DNA from: Welwitschia mirabilis
Taxonomy: Eukaryota
Direction of reading: 5' to 3'
NCBI GenBank assembly: GCA_051453625.1
Contig: JBOZIK010000001.1
Coordinates: forward strand, 12,439,171 to 12,503,057
DNA: 63,887 nucleotides
Under the pieces are notes generated by a model. That model ran no database searches. It had not been told where the DNA came from and worked only from the letters and a program-made list of their open reading frames with translations. Every line of letters begins with the position of its first letter. The first letter of the stretch is position 1. Made by a program: the position numbers and the translations under genes. This document shows, piece by piece, positions 38,068-52,689 of the stretch.

Positions 38068-40800
38068 TGTCATATCTCATATTTTGTAAATATATTTACT
38101 TAGATATTAAGTATATTAGCTTCTAATTAGATGATTAATTAATTTTATTTAAAGGCCTTGTAAAAATAATATGGCATTTTAAACTAATCTTAGTTTGTAA
38201 TTTTCATAATTTACCATGAAAATGATAAAAAATATATCAGAAAGTTTTTATAAGGAAAAATATTCAAACATTTAAAAGTAAATAATCATATTATATGAGG
38301 AATTAAAATCACATGATAAAAATAATAAATTGAAAATTTTAAGAAGACATAATAATATATTTTACATCGTACTTACTTATCTAAGTTTTTGATAAATGTG
38401 ATAGGAGTACTATATTATGAATAAACATTTTCTTCCTTGTGTTATGTGATTGACATATTTTATGCATAATGAAATAAATGAGCATGTGAATAAGTACATG
38501 TACTATTACCTAAAACCAAAAATAATAAATAAGTAGATTTACTATACCATGACTTTTAGCTTCTCGAGATATATAAAAGCACTTGGTTCATAGCATATTA
38601 TTATTTTATTCATTGAAATTAAAGAGTTTATCTCATTATGCTACATGACAATTTTGATATTNNNNNNNNNNNNNNNNNNNNNNNNNNNNNNNNNNNNNNN
38701 NNNNNNNNNNNNNNNNNNNNNNNNNNNNNNNNNNNNNNNNNNNNNNNNNNNNNNNNNNNNNAGACATTTTCTTCCTTGTGTTATGTGATTGACAGATTTT
38801 ATGCATTATGAAATAAATGAGCATGTGAATAAGTACATGTACTATTACCTAAAACCAAAAATAATAAATAAGTATATTTACTATACCATGACTTTTAGCT
38901 TCTTGAGATATATAAAAGTATTTGATTCATAGCAGACTTATTATTTTATTCATTGAAATTAAAGAGTTTATCTCATTATGCTACATGACAATTTTGATAT
39001 TTGTGGATTTATTCTTTTAATGCATGTCTTAAATAAATTAAATTTACTTATGAGCCTATGAAGGATTAAGAAAGAGCTAGCATGAGAAAATGATACACAT
39101 AAATAATATTGCTAATTAAACTAAGAAAATTACTAATTCCAATTAGGTGTATGAGTCATAAATAAAATTCCTTTTTTCATTCAAATATTACTTTGATTTA
39201 TTACACAAGGAAATTCAAATTTTCGTTAATAAATCTTGTTATTTATTATTTATATGTCCCTATCACTTTTACACAGGCATATTCAACTTGTTATTAATCA
39301 ATCTTATCAGGTAAAAATGATTTTTTTACCTTATGGATAAAAAGGTATTAGTAGTCTTTAACCAATGATATTAAGAACCATTGATACACAATTTATCTAT
39401 AAATAGAGCCGTCTTCTTCTTCTCAAACTAATATTTTTAAATAAATTTTGCTACTAAAGTTTCTTTTCAATATTTCATCCTCTTGAGTATTTTGCCATCC
39501 ATGTAGATTCTTCTTTAATAAATATTTTTAACTCCATACTAGTATNNNNNNNNNNNNNNNNNNNNNNNTAGAAAATGATACACATAAATAATATTGCTAA
39601 TTAAACTAAGAAAATTACTCACTACAATTAGGTGTATGAGTCATAAATAAAATTCCTTTTGTCATTCAAACATTACTTTGACTTATTACACAAGTAAATT
39701 CAAATTTTCATTAATAAATCTTGTTATTTATTATTTATATGTCCATATCACTTTTACATAGGCATATTCAACTTGTCATTAATTAATCTTATCAAGTAAA
39801 AATNNNNNNNNNNNNNNNNNNNNNNNNNNNNNNNNNNNNNNNNNNNNNNNNNNNNNNNNNNNNNNNNNNNNNNNNNNNNNNNNNNNNNNNNNNNNNNNNN
39901 NNNNNNNNNNNNNNNNNNNNNNNNNNNNNNNNNNNNNNNNNNNNNNNNNNNNNNNNNNNNNNNNNNNNNNNNNNNNNNNNNNNNNNNNNNNNNNNNNNNN
40001 NNNNNNNNNNNNNNNNNNNNNNNNNNNNNATTTAGCATGAGGCCTATATACATGATTATAATATGAATGTAATATTAATGTTATCCCTCCCATGGTTGAG
40101 ACTAAGATCAGGGAGATATTTGAGGGATCTATTTACATACTTAGTTGATGAGCCTACCAATGGATATTTTCCCTTCCATAAGTTGAGACTAAAACAATTG
40201 AAAGAATTAAGAGATCTCTTTACATGCTTACTTGGGAGAGTTACTAATGGATGATTATAGCTAAGTCACAAGGGGGTTCTTTCTTTATTAAAGAAAAGAA
40301 AAAATTGGATACTCATGCTTATTTTGGATATTATATTTTTATCTATTATGCATTAGGTTTATCTTATTAGGGGAAAAGTCTAATATGTAAAATTCTCTTT
40401 TAGGATAGTACTCCTTCATNNNNNNNNNNNNNNNNNNNNNNNNNNNNNNNNNNNNNNNNNNNNNNNNNNNNNNNNNNNNNNNNNNNNNNNNNNNNNNNNN
40501 NNNNNNNNNNNNNNNNNNNTCTTTATTTACTAAAAATATCTTTTAGGCTAGTACTCCTTCATGGTAATGGCTTAATGTAAATGCTTTTGTAAACTGATTA
40601 GATTTTCCTTTCTTAACTAATGTGTAATAAATTTCTATTGTAAATAATGAGTTTATCTAGTCTATTTATTATTTTACTAATTCAAGTTCTTATATAATTA
40701 GTTGTTAAACCTCTATTATATTTTCTTTACTAAAAGTTAAATTTCTAGAATAGAGGAATAAGATAAAAACATTATAGCTTATTAATTAGTAGGTACAAAT
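38068..40800 (+). repeat. 3' LTR of the Tekay-like element (end uncertain)
   Basis: Follows the PPT and matches the 7324 stub. TATAAATA at 39398 and an ~87-bp internal duplication at 40090-40250. Candidate end ggtaca|aatta at 40797 matches the left flank aatta. Confidence 0.6.
39398..39405 (+). promoter_or_regulatory. TATA box in the LTR
   Basis: ctataaatagagcc followed by a CT-rich tract. Confidence 0.5.
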
Positions 40801-41389
40801 TAGCGAAATTCTTTTTGTAAGTCTAGGATTAAATATGAAAATGTAAAAAATAGTAATTTTTCTAATGTGTAAAAATAGTAATCCATTAATTGATGTTTCT
40901 ATAACTATTAGTTAAGATATTTGTAAAATTGTGCATTCTAAATTGTAAGTTCAGAACATCTTGAATGATTTAAAAANNNNNNNNNNNNNNNNNNNNNNNN
41001 NNNNNNNNNNNNNNNNNNNNNNNNNNNNNNNNNNNNNNNNNNNNNNNNNNNNNNNNNNNNNNNNNNNNNNNNNNNNTATTGTAAATAATGAGTTTATCTA
41101 GTGTATTTATTATTTCACTAATTCAAATTATTATATAATTAGTTGTTAAACCTCTATTATATTTTCTTTACTAAAAGCTAAATTTCTAAAATAAAGGCAT
41201 AAGATAAAAACATTATAGCTTATTAATTAGTTGGTACAAATTAGCAAAATTCTTTTTGTAAGTCTATGATTATGTTATAAATATGAAAATGTAAAAAATA
41301 GTAATTTTTCCAATGTNNNNNNNNNNAGTAAGCCATTAATTTATGTTTCTATAACTATTAGTTAAGATATTTGTAAACTTGTGCATCCT

Positions 41390-44230
41390 AAATTGTAAGT
41401 TCCAGAACATCTTGAATGATTTGAAGACTCAAAGTATTTTAAAAGTTCAGATCATTTCAATGTCATGTGGTAAGGCTATAATTTTAGAAAATTTGATAAT
41501 TTTTAAACTTAAATGATGACTTTAGAAATAATATTTTTAGAATTCTAAGATAGTTTCAATTAGATTTTAAGGATCCTATTATGAGTTTAGTTTATAAAAA
41601 CTATTATAATTNNNNNNNNNNNNNNNNNNNNNNNNNNNNNNNNNNNNNNNNNNNNNNNNNNNNNNNNNNNNNNNNNNNNNNNNNNNNNNNNNNNNNNNNN
41701 NNNNNNNNNNNAAAATTTGATAATTTTTAAACTTAAATGATGATCTTAGAAATAATATTTTTAGGATTCTAATATAGTTTCAGTTAGATTCTAAGGATCC
41801 TATTATGAGTCTAGTTTATAAAAACTATTAGAATTTATTTTGTTTTATAATTATCTAATTATGAAGTTTTTTTCCTATGATGTCTCCTTAGAGTCAAAAA
41901 CTATAATTCATTTTTAATCTATAGAAAAATTATTGCATGAAATTTTATAGAGAATTGAAGTATGTAAGATATGTTTNNNNNNNNNNNNNNNNNNNNNNNN
42001 NNNNNNNNNNNNNNNNNNATTTATATAAATATCTATTTTACCTTTTTCTTTTATCTTACTTTGAATATGTACATTGTATTAGTAGTTTAAGTAACATAAA
42101 TAATTTTTGTTTTAATACTTATTTTTTGGACTTATAATGTAGCCATATGAATATTGAATCAATAATTATATCTTAAGAATTATGCTTAAGCAATACTTTC
42201 TTTTGTTTACATTCATTACACCAAATCCATGAAGATTGTCATATAAGCATAGAAGAATGTTTCTAGGATTAGCATAGCTCTAGGTATGCATTAGTTTCTT
42301 TAAGTATATTATTAAGATATGGTTTGATATATTTTTAATATTTTTATTAATATTAAAAGAAAGGAAAACAAAGAATATTTTCTTTATTTACATAGAAAAT
42401 AAAAAACGTTTCTCTTATTTAGATTTTTATTATTATAATTTTGAATATAGAGATGTTTTAGTATACTTCTTTTCTTTTTTATGATTGTTTCTATAACATG
42501 AACCTAATGATGATTAGAATTATTATAACTAGATAAATAATACATTAAATATCCATATTAATTATAATGATATGCGTGCATTTGTATGGTGTATTCATCG
42601 AATAAAACTAAATCAAGGTAATTCTAATAATGTTCATCCTCATACTTGGATTTCATCACCAAGGTGGGTTGCACTGTATTTTTTAATACCCTTTTAAAAG
42701 TGAATTTAACCACTAATCTTCTACCTTACTCATATACGAACTTACTCTGACTTAATATCTTAAGCCCTTAGCATCAATGAATCATGTTACATCATTTAAA
42801 GATGTTTCAAGAAAACAGGGCTTATTCATAAGGATGCATCCACCNNNNNNNNNNNNNNNNNNNNNNNNNNNNNNNNNNNNNNNNNNNNNNNNNNNNNNNN
42901 NNNNNNNNNNNNNNNNNNNNNNNNNNNNNNNNNNNNNNNNNNNNTTATTTACTTATTTGTCAACATATTTGCAAACTTGATTATTACAGGTTGTAGGAAA
43001 TTAAATAATATTTCCAAAATATCTTGAATTATTTAAAAATCAAAGTATTTTGAAAGTTATGATTATTTTAGTATAATACAATAGGACTATAATTTTAGAA
43101 AATTTGATAGTTTTTAGCCTTGATTAATAATGTTAAAAATAATATTTATATAATTCTAACATAGTTTAAGTTAGATTCTCAGGAACCTATTATGTGTCTA
43201 GTTTTTGAAGAAATATTATAATGTATTTTTTGCTTTGTAATTAATTAATTATTAATTTAAACTATGATGTCTCCTTAGAGCCTAAAAATGTTATAATTAA
43301 TGTTGAAGATCATATAAAAATTATTATACAAATATCTATATATAAATTAAGTATATAAATATGTTCTTATTAGTATATTTAAGTTAAATTACTCACAAGT
43401 GGTATTTATTTATAGAAATACTTCTCTTACCTTTTTTCTTTCGCTTACTTTGAATGCGCATGCTTGTAAGAGTTTTCACCTTAGTAGTTTAAGTGACATA
43501 AGTAGTCTCTAGCTTATTACTTATTTACATTGACTTATAATATAGCCATATGAAATCTTAGATAAATACTTATATCTTAACGATTATGCTTTAGCTATAC
43601 TTTTTTTTCATTTACCTTCCTTACACCAATCCATGGAGATTATCATATGTGCATGAAAGAATGTTTCTAGGATTGGCATAGATCTAGGTATATTTTGGTT
43701 TCTTTAAGTACATCATTTTATATTTTTATTATTGTTTCAAAATAAAAGAATATTTCCTTTATTTAGAAAGGGAAAAAAAGAAAAGACTATTTCCTTTATC
43801 TAGATTTTTATTATTATAATCTTGGGAAAAGAAATGTTTTTGTATATTTGCTTTCTTTTTATGGTTGTTTCTATAAAATGAACCAAACGATGATTAGAAT
43901 TATTATAACTAGATAAATAATCCATTAAATATTCACATTAATTAGAATGATGTGTGTGCATTTGCATGGTGTATTCATCGAATAAGACTAAATAAAGGTA
44001 ATTCTAGTAATGTTTATCCTCATACTTGGATTTCATCACGAAGGTGGGTTGCACTGTATTTTTTTTTAATACCCTTTTGAGAGTAAATTTAACCACCACT
44101 CTTCTACCCTACTCATATATGAACTTACTCTGACTTAATATCTTGAGCCCTTGGCATTAATGGATCATGTTACATCATTTAAAGATGTTTCAAGAAAACA
44201 AGGGTTATTCATAAGGATGCATCAACCTCG
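41390..44230. repeat. Two diverged copies of a ~1.3-kb unclassified non-coding repeat
   Basis: 41390-42844 aligns with 43010-44225 (e.g. catacttggatttcatcac.aaggtgggttgcactg). The copies are separated by an N gap. Confidence 0.65.
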
Positions 44231-47200
44231 TGTATTGCTTGTCACTTGTATTAGGGGTATATCGAGTGAATTTAAGTCTATAGAGTTGAGTCTTGTGATG
44301 TTTTTATAGTTTAAAACCTAAAGTAGAATTAACTCATATTTAGAGGATGATTAAACATTAAGCTAAAATGCTATTAATGGGAGTTACAACCTCCTATTAT
44401 ATTAGTTTACTCATGTATGTTTATAACAAGTTTAGATCTCATTAACTATTTACAAGATATCTTTTTATTTGATGAAAACTAGGAAGAAATTAAGCAAATA
44501 AACTTATGATATTACTATTATTTATAAATCCAGATAATATAGAAATCAATTATAAGTAAACATATAATATTAGTATGATTTGCTTTTTTAAGAATATAGG
44601 AATACTAATAAAGGAGTAAGTAAAATTTGATCCGAGGTTCTAATATGTCTATAACGTAATAATATTAATAAGGAAAGAAAAAGAAAATAAAATAAGAAAA
44701 AATAATGCTTAAGTAGGGTGAGAGAAGAGAAGGTATCACAAACTAATACTGTCACTATTAAGGTATTATAATAGTATCACGAAGGTCTAGGATGAATACA
44801 TTCTTAGTAAAACTAAAGCCTAATGATCATTAGACCTTAATGATACTTTTTAGACTGAATTGATCCTAGCATGACTCATGAAAGGAGAGATTTCATTATA
44901 ACAAACATAGATGCACCTTTAAGTATGCTTTCTCATAGAGATGGAGGATGAATGCATGTGGTATAAGAAAGTAAAATTGACAATGTAAACAATGTAAAAT
45001 GCAAGGGGAAATACACATCAACCATAAATTATTATGAATACAAAAGATAAAACACCTAAGTTAATGGCCACTTTATTAAAATTTTTGTGAATTTTATGTT
45101 TATTTTAATGGATCAAAATGTTAAACAAATAAAGTATTCATTAAATAAACCTATACAAATTCAAAAATTAGTAAGTAAATTCTTAAGTACAAATGTTAAA
45201 AAAGGCAAATAATAGAGTATTTAAATTCCATATTTATTTCCATAATTTACCTTTTTTACAATCACATATATTTCTTGTTTCAATAATTTAAATCAAATTG
45301 AGCATCTAGTATTATGACATCTTATTCTAGCAAGATTAAACATGTTATTTCTTAAAGAAATTAGTATTAAATTACTAGTAAGTATCTATAGCTCCAACAA
45401 AGTTGATCATGTCACAAATAAATCATTAGAGCTTCATTACTAGTGAGCATCTGTAGCCTAAGTCAGTTAACTTAATCCAAAATGATTAAAATAAAATATG
45501 CTTTTGGAGAAGAAATATTATATTTTTCTTTTGATTCTACTTCTCATTTTAACATTTTTATGCACATAAGAGCTTTCATTACTTTATTAGCCTAATTAAA
45601 AAATATTGTATTCCTATAAAATGCTTGCAAACAAAAAGTATAAAATCAAAGTAGATTCCACCTTTTTTAGCCATGTTTCTAGAATTGAAGATCTAAAGTG
45701 AAACTAATCTTAAAAAGAGAACTTAAAAATAATCATAACCTTTCTTCAAATAATATAATGCACTTTAAATTCTACCTAAACTTGTACTAACAAGATGATA
45801 TAATTATTAATGATTTATTTGTTAGGGTTATTAACTAGGATCATTAAGCCTTAAAAACTCATAGATGAATGAAAGGAACGAATGACTAATGAGTCTTATT
45901 AAATAATGCTAATGTAAAAGGGATGGATGATGAAGTTTAAGGTGGAAGTGGCTTATTTTATGTTGTGATGGTATTTTATGTTATTAAAGCAATTATTAAA
46001 TAAGTAATAATGCTTAAGTGATTCCATGAGAGCTACATCATCAAGTGATATTAGTTTTATTATAAATAACATACCCATCCTAGATCTAATCTAAAAGAAA
46101 AAATTAATCTAAAAAAATTAAAGGAAACTAAAATTTTCAAAGCAAAGGATTATCTAAAGTTATGTTTGAAAAATGGCTCAAGAGTATGGAAGGAAAGGTT
46201 ACATGATTGATCGANNNNNNNNNNNNNNNNNNNNNNNNNNNNNNNNNNNNNNNNNNNNNNNNNNNNNNNNNNNNNNNNNNNNNNNNNNNNNNNNNNNNNN
46301 NNNNNNNNNNNNNNTCTTAAGTACAAATGTTAAAAAAGGTAAATAAGAGAGTATTTAAATCCCATATTGTCTTTTCATAATTTACCTTTTTTTACAATTA
46401 TATATATTTCTTATTTCAATAATTTGAATCAAATTGAGCATCCAGTGTTATGACATATTCTTCTAGCAAGATTAAACATGTTATTTCTTAAAGAAATTCA
46501 ATTACTAGTTAGTATTTATAACTCCAACAAAGTTGATCATGTCATAAATAAATCATTAGAGCTTCATTACCAATGAGCATTCATAGCCTAAGTCAGTTAA
46601 CTTAATCCAATTAATTGATCAAAATAAAATGTGCTTTTGGAGAAGAAATATTATATTTTTCTTTTGATTTTACTTCTCATTTTAACATTTTTATGCACAT
46701 AAGAGCTATCATTACTTAATTAGCCTAATAAAAAAATATCGTATTCCTATAAATGCTTGAAAACAAAAAGTATAGAATCAAAGTAGATTCCACCTTTTTT
46801 AGCCATGTTTCCAGAATTGAAGATCTAAAGTGAAATAAATCTTAAAAAGATAACTCAAAAATAATCATAACCTTTCTTCAAATAATATAGTGCACTTTAA
46901 ATTCTTCCTAAACTTGTACTAATAAGATGATATACTTATTAATGATTTATTTATTAGGGTTATTAACCAAGGTCATTAAGCCTTAAAAACTCATAGATGA
47001 ATGAAAGGAGTAAATGACTAATGAGTCTTATTAAATAATGCTAATGTAAAAGGGATGGATGATGAAGTTTACGGTGGCAGTGGCTTATTTTATGTTGTGA
47101 TGGTATTTTATGTTATTAAAGTAAAGATTAAATAAGTGATAATGCTTAAGTGGTTCCATAAGAGCTACATCGTCAGGTGATATTAGTTTTATTATAAATA

Positions 47201-47449
47201 ACATACCCATCCTAGATCTAATCTAAAAGAAAATTTTAATCTAAAAAAATTAAAGGAAACTAGAATTTTAAAAGAAAAGGATTATCCAAAGTTATGTTTG
47301 AAAAGTGGCTCAAGAGTATGAAAGGGAAGGTTACATGATTGTTCAAAATTATGTAAACATTCTAAATTGAGAGAGAATCCCTAAAATCAAAGAGGACATT
47401 AGTACAAGTAGTAAAGTTTATGCATTCAAAGTTAGAAATAGTCCATCCT

Positions 47450-48629
47450 TTAGCTTATCTATCTTTTGAAGACAACTCATGCAAGACATCATTTTGAGAT
47501 GGAGGCAAAAGTAAGTTGAAAACATTAGAGAAGATAAATGTTCATTAAAAAAACTATTAGATGATGGTTTCAATACTAATAAAGGTTTTTCTTAATCATT
47601 TAAGTTTAGGTCTTGCTTAGAAGATAAAGATTAAGATGAAATGGTTGGCTTATAAAGCTATTACGAAGAAGGTTCTTCATAGGATCGGTCAAGTTTAGAA
47701 TCTTTGTTAATGTTTTCCTCCTTGATAAGATTACTAGGGGATTCCTCCTCATGTGGTTGCTCATATGACAATGGTTATAATCTAAAAAGGGGTTCTCCTT
47801 TAGTGTTCTCCTCCTCATTGATGTTGCTTATTAACTCATCCTTTGATATATAACTATTTTCAAATGTATACCTTTCTTGAAATGATTGCTCATTTTCTAG
47901 AATGTTTTTATTATTAAGGTCCTAATGGATTTTCTTATTGGTTTCTTTCTTACTCCTAAAGGATATGGCATAGATATCATCAATTTCACTACCTCCTTCC
48001 TTTAAAGATTTATTAAGACTCTTAGGGTTATGTTCATGGAATGTAGGAATATTTTCATCTTCTTATTGGTCATTAGTTTGATTTAGTTATTGGAAAATCT
48101 GCTCAATATTTTGCAAGGTGGAAGAGCTTTACTAGTTAATATGATGAAGTTCTTATTTGATTCACATCTAAGTTTTCATAACGCTTTTATGTGTGTATTC
48201 CAAGGAAGAGGGTTATTAAGTGTAAGAAGATGAATGGTATTAACCAAATGATTAATAACATGAGTTATAAGGACCAATGGAATGCATAAGATCAAACTCC
48301 TCATGTGGAAAATAAGGCTTTTCAAACTTGTAGTAAGGAGGTTTATATATGTATGAAGAAGGATTTATATCTTAAAGATAATTTTTAATGGTTTTCATAT
48401 TGTTGAAATAATCTTGAGGTATAAAATAATATGGGTTATCACTAAGGAAAGGTAGAGGGCCTTGACAATCTAAGAGGATAACTAGGTATTCAAATTAAAG
48501 GTAATTATTTAAGGTTTTCTTAGGTTGAATATAATATTCTAGAGTTTGTTTAGAATGGATATAAGTAGTAAAATTATAAGTATTTTTATAGTTCCCTTAG
48601 GAAGATGTGCTTTCAATGTTAGGATCCAT
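47450..48629 (-). pseudogene. Highly decayed gag-derived ORF of element D
   Basis: Starts MDPNIESTSS downstream of the PBS/UTR. YAISFRSKKE (~47950-47975) resembles the Athila gag AITLRSGK motif. No pol is recognisable downstream. Confidence 0.4.
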
Positions 48630-49371
48630 TCAGGGCTTGTACAGTATTTTGTATAATCTACCAAAAGGATCATGTACCTAACCCATGTCAAAAAATAGTC
48701 TATAATATTTAGTATTAGGATTATTTTTCACAAATCTACAAGTTTTAAAAAGGGGCTTAATATCAGACAAATTTTATAGAATGTAAGAGGATTTATCTGT
48801 AAAGTTTGAAGGCAACATATATAATAAAGCCAGCAACACTGGCTAATTTTACTAGTAGTGTCAGCTATTTAAAGAGAAATGGCATGAAACTTAAATGATG
48901 TTATGTTTAGGGTTTTATAAAATGTTTCATGTAATAGCCCATGGAAAAAAAATAGTGGAAAATGAGATGACATAAAAATGGAATGAAATGAAGCCTACTC
49001 AGAAAATCCTCAAAAAATTCTTTTTAAAAATTTTAATAGAAAAACTAAAATGCAAGAAAAAAATAATATAGCTACTAAAATGAAAATTTGTTAAAAGAAA
49101 AAAGAAAAATAAAATAACTCTTATAAGTTTTTTTCATTTCATTTTTTGATCTTCATTTTGGGTTACAACCTATAAAAATTTGTTAGATCTAAAAAACATT
49201 TATCAAACATACAACCATAAAAGATTTAATATAGAAATGGTGTTTAAGTTAGAGGGAAAAAAACTAAATAAAACTTAAAAAAGGACTAGCTCAGGTATCA
49301 CTAAAAACAAATAAATACCCATCACTAGGGGAAAATGAAAATACTAAAAAACTTAAAAGAAAGTATGCTAA

Positions 49372-49389
49372 TCAGGTATGACACTAAAA
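49372..49389 (-). promoter_or_regulatory. Decayed primer-binding site of D, probably tRNA-Asp
   Basis: Minus strand ttttagtgtcatacctga next to the LTR end resembles a deaminated TTTTGGCGCCGTTGCCGG. Confidence 0.35.
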
Positions 49390-49392
49390 CAT

Positions 49393-50077
49393 TGTTTGAT
49401 GTCAGTTTTTACAATTTATAAAATTAAGACCCTTATTATAGCAAAGTCTTGATCTCATTCTTCCCATAGGAATAAATCAAGTTAGTACTAAATAGAGGTG
49501 ATACAATGTTCTCTAAACCTATAAGAAATTAAAAAAATGAAAATCAAAGTTTTAATGAGATTGAATTTTTGATGGTAATGTGGGAAGACAAACTAAGTAT
49601 AGAGGTATAGCTTAAATAATTTAACAACAAAACCTTTANNNNNNNNNNNNNNTATAACTTTCTGAAATAAAGGTTAAATTTGTAAGTCATTATGGCTTAG
49701 ATCATGGAATCGCATTCATCACATAAGTATTGGTGGATTTCTTAATCCCTTCGGTATTTCATAACATAATGTAAATATGGACAGTAATTACTAATGTGAT
49801 CAAGATCCATCAAATAAAATGACTACAACTACAAGTAACCTCAAGAAACTTGCTCTATTATGAAAAAACTCAACAATGTAGTTTTACATAATCATTAAAA
49901 GTATAAGGCTAATCCCAACTTAAAATAAAAATAAAAAACTACTACTTTTTATTAAAAACAAAAATTATGTTACATTGGAGGATGAAAGAAAATCTAATAT
50001 AAACTCTTCAAAGCTAGCTTTGAAGCTAGCTCACTTTCAAAAATGGAGCTCAAAAATCCATTTTAATGGTTGATGCT
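49393..50077 (-). repeat. 5' LTR of the element D family, interrupted by element C
   Basis: Homologous to 4512-5190. Homology stops at the start of C's LTR. Confidence 0.7.
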
Positions 50078-51015
50078 TAATGAGTAAAGATAATTATGTA
50101 AATTTTTATCATTAATAAAATGTTTTTATTCTTATAATTATATATTTTAGATGGTATTTGATATTTTTCTTTAGTATTAAGAATAACTTGCTAGCTATTT
50201 ATTGGGTGGGTTAGTTTTATATATATATATATTATGTTACACATACAAAATACCATTTGACATGAGGATGAGGAAGAATACCAAGGTGGTAAAAATACAG
50301 CAACAAATTTAATAATAAACGTATTCTTTAGGAGCAAAGAAAGGAAAGGGCAAAATAGAAAGGGAGCTAAAGGGTATATGAAGGGGGATCACCACAAAGA
50401 GGTAGGATCTTTTGGAGAAAAGGCTCTAGAAATAAAACTAAGTAAGAGGTCAAAAGAAAGCTTTAGATATTCTAAAAAGGGCATATCAGCATCTCTAATG
50501 TTTCAATGTTACCTACAAAGGAAAGCACAAACTTATCAGTATATTTCTATGTAACATTCTAGTATTTTAATATACAACTGAAAAGATAATATTTTTGAGA
50601 AGTATTATGAACATGTTTTACCACTTGAAAAAGTAATATCCTTTTTTGCTTGCTTCTATTTATGTTGCCAAACACAAATTAGGATGATTAGCGATATTTA
50701 AAAATAAGTATTATTTAGCATTTAGTGAAACTTCTATTATGTTTTCTTGATTTCCCATAATGTAATATATGTATATAGTAAACTCATTAATTATCAGCTT
50801 GGCTAGTTCAAGTAACTTCATCATGATTTTATCTTGATGATGTATTTTAAACTAAATGATTAAAGTATTAGTAATCTTAAATATTCTTTAGTAAACGTTT
50901 GATTGTAATTTAATGGTTTAAGCTTATTTCAGGTTTAGAGCATCATAGTTTTTTACATTTTTAAGCATAATTTCTTAGTATTTTTTAATTTATTTTACAA
51001 TATAATCTTACATAA
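50078..51015 (+). repeat. 5' LTR of C (second assembled copy at 51684-52637)
   Basis: t(a/g)at(g/a)agtaaagat...cttacataa, followed by a PBS in both copies. Confidence 0.7.
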
Positions 51016-51018
51016 TTT

Positions 51019-51036
51019 TGGTGCAAGAAGGGGGGC
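51019..51036 (+). promoter_or_regulatory. Primer-binding site, tRNA-Asn (second copy at 52641-52658)
   Basis: TGGTGCAAGAAGGGGGGC and TGATGCAAGAAGGAGGGC are decayed TGGCGCTAGAAGGAGGG. Confidence 0.7.
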
Positions 51037-52689
51037 TATCCTAAAGCCATGAATAAGTCTATAATCTAATAATATAGCCAAGAAAAATGATGGGATGGGA
51101 AAGGTAAGTTTTTAAAAAACCCTAACAAATACAATTTGGATGACTAGACTAGAAGTAGGATTAAAATAGAGATAGAAGAGGAAGATTTTAGTATAGACCA
51201 AACCAATATTGGAAAGGCTATGAAAGAACAAATCTTTTCTGAATTCATGAGTGAAATAGAAATCTGTTGCATATTATTTCTCAAATCACATATCAGTCAA
51301 GGAGAATCTTCCCAAATAGTTAGGATAAATAAACTTGAAAAGAAATTTGTAGCAAGATGCTATTGGAAAGATGATGGAGATTCAAAACCTTTGAACTATG
51401 AAACTCACTTGCTAGAAGATTTAAGTCCTATTAATGTTATAGTCTTGGAATACTCAAAAAAGTGGAAAATATAAATATAACATCAATACCTACTTTTGAG
51501 ATCAAGANNNNNNNNNNNNNNNNNNNNNNNNNNNNNNNNNNNNNNNNNNNNNNNNNNNNNNNNNNNNNNNNNNNNNNNNNNNNNNNNNNNNNNNNNNNNN
51601 NNNNNNNAACTCTTCAAAGCTAGCTTTGAAGCTAGCTCACTTTCAAAAATGGAGCTCAAAAATCCATTTTAATGGTTGATGCTTGATAAGTAAAGATAAT
51701 TATGTAAATTTTTATCATTAATAAAATGTTTGTATTCTTATAATTATATATTTTAGATGGTATTCAATATTTCTTCTTTAGTATTAAGAATAATATACTA
51801 GCTATTTATTGGATGGATTAGTATTTTAAGATGTTAGGATATATATATATTATTACATTACACATACAAAATGCCATTTGACATGAGGATGAGGAAGAAG
51901 ACCAAGGTGGTAAAAATACAGCAAAAACTTTAATAATAAACCTATTCTTTAGGGGCAAAGAAAGGAAAGGGCAAAATAGAAAGGAAGCTAAAGGATATAT
52001 GAAGGGGGGTCACCACAAAGAGGAGAGATCTTTTGGAAAAAAGGCTTTAGAAATAAAACTAAGTAAGAGGTCAAAAGAAAGCTCCAAATATTCTAAAAAG
52101 AACATAGTAGCATATCTAATGTTCCAATGTTACCTACAAAGGAAAGCACAAACTTATTAGTATATTTCTATGTAACATTCTAGTATTTTAATATAAAGCT
52201 GAAAAGATAATATTTTTGAGAAGTATTATTAACATGTTTTATTACTTGGAAAAGTAATATCCTTTTTTTCTTGCTTATATTTATGTTGCTGAACATAAAT
52301 TAGGATGATTAGTAATATTTAGAAATAACTATTATCTAGCATTTAGTAAAACTTCTATTCTGTTTTCTTCATTCCCCATAATGTAATATATGTATATAGT
52401 AAACTCATTAATTATCAACCTGGCTAGTTCAAGTAACTTCATCATGATTTTATCTTGATGATGTATTTTAAACTAAATGGTTAAAGTATTAGTAACTTAA
52501 ATAGTTATTTAGTAAACTTCTAATTGTAATTTAATGATTTAAGCTTATTTCAGGTTTAGAGCATCATAGTTTTTTACATTTTTTAGCATAATTTCTTAGT
52601 ATTTTTTTAATTTATTTTATAGTATAAGCTTACATAATTTTGATGCAAGAAGGAGGGCTATCCTAAATCCATGAATAAGTCTATAATCC

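Larger units (their letters stand above)
7324..40800 (+). mobile_element. Degenerate Ty3/Gypsy chromovirus (Tekay/Del-like), interrupted by the Athila block; right end uncertain
   Basis: The LTR start tgtcata at 7324 matches 38068. Order is PR-RT (7732-8931), then RT-RH-INT-chromodomain (34408-37990), PPT and 3' LTR. Confidence 0.8.

Noticed and set aside
50078-52660. Two LTR+PBS units as a tandem or mini element
   Set aside because: Both copies include the same upstream flank and gag start on either side of a 100-N gap, so this is most likely assembly or haplotype redundancy.
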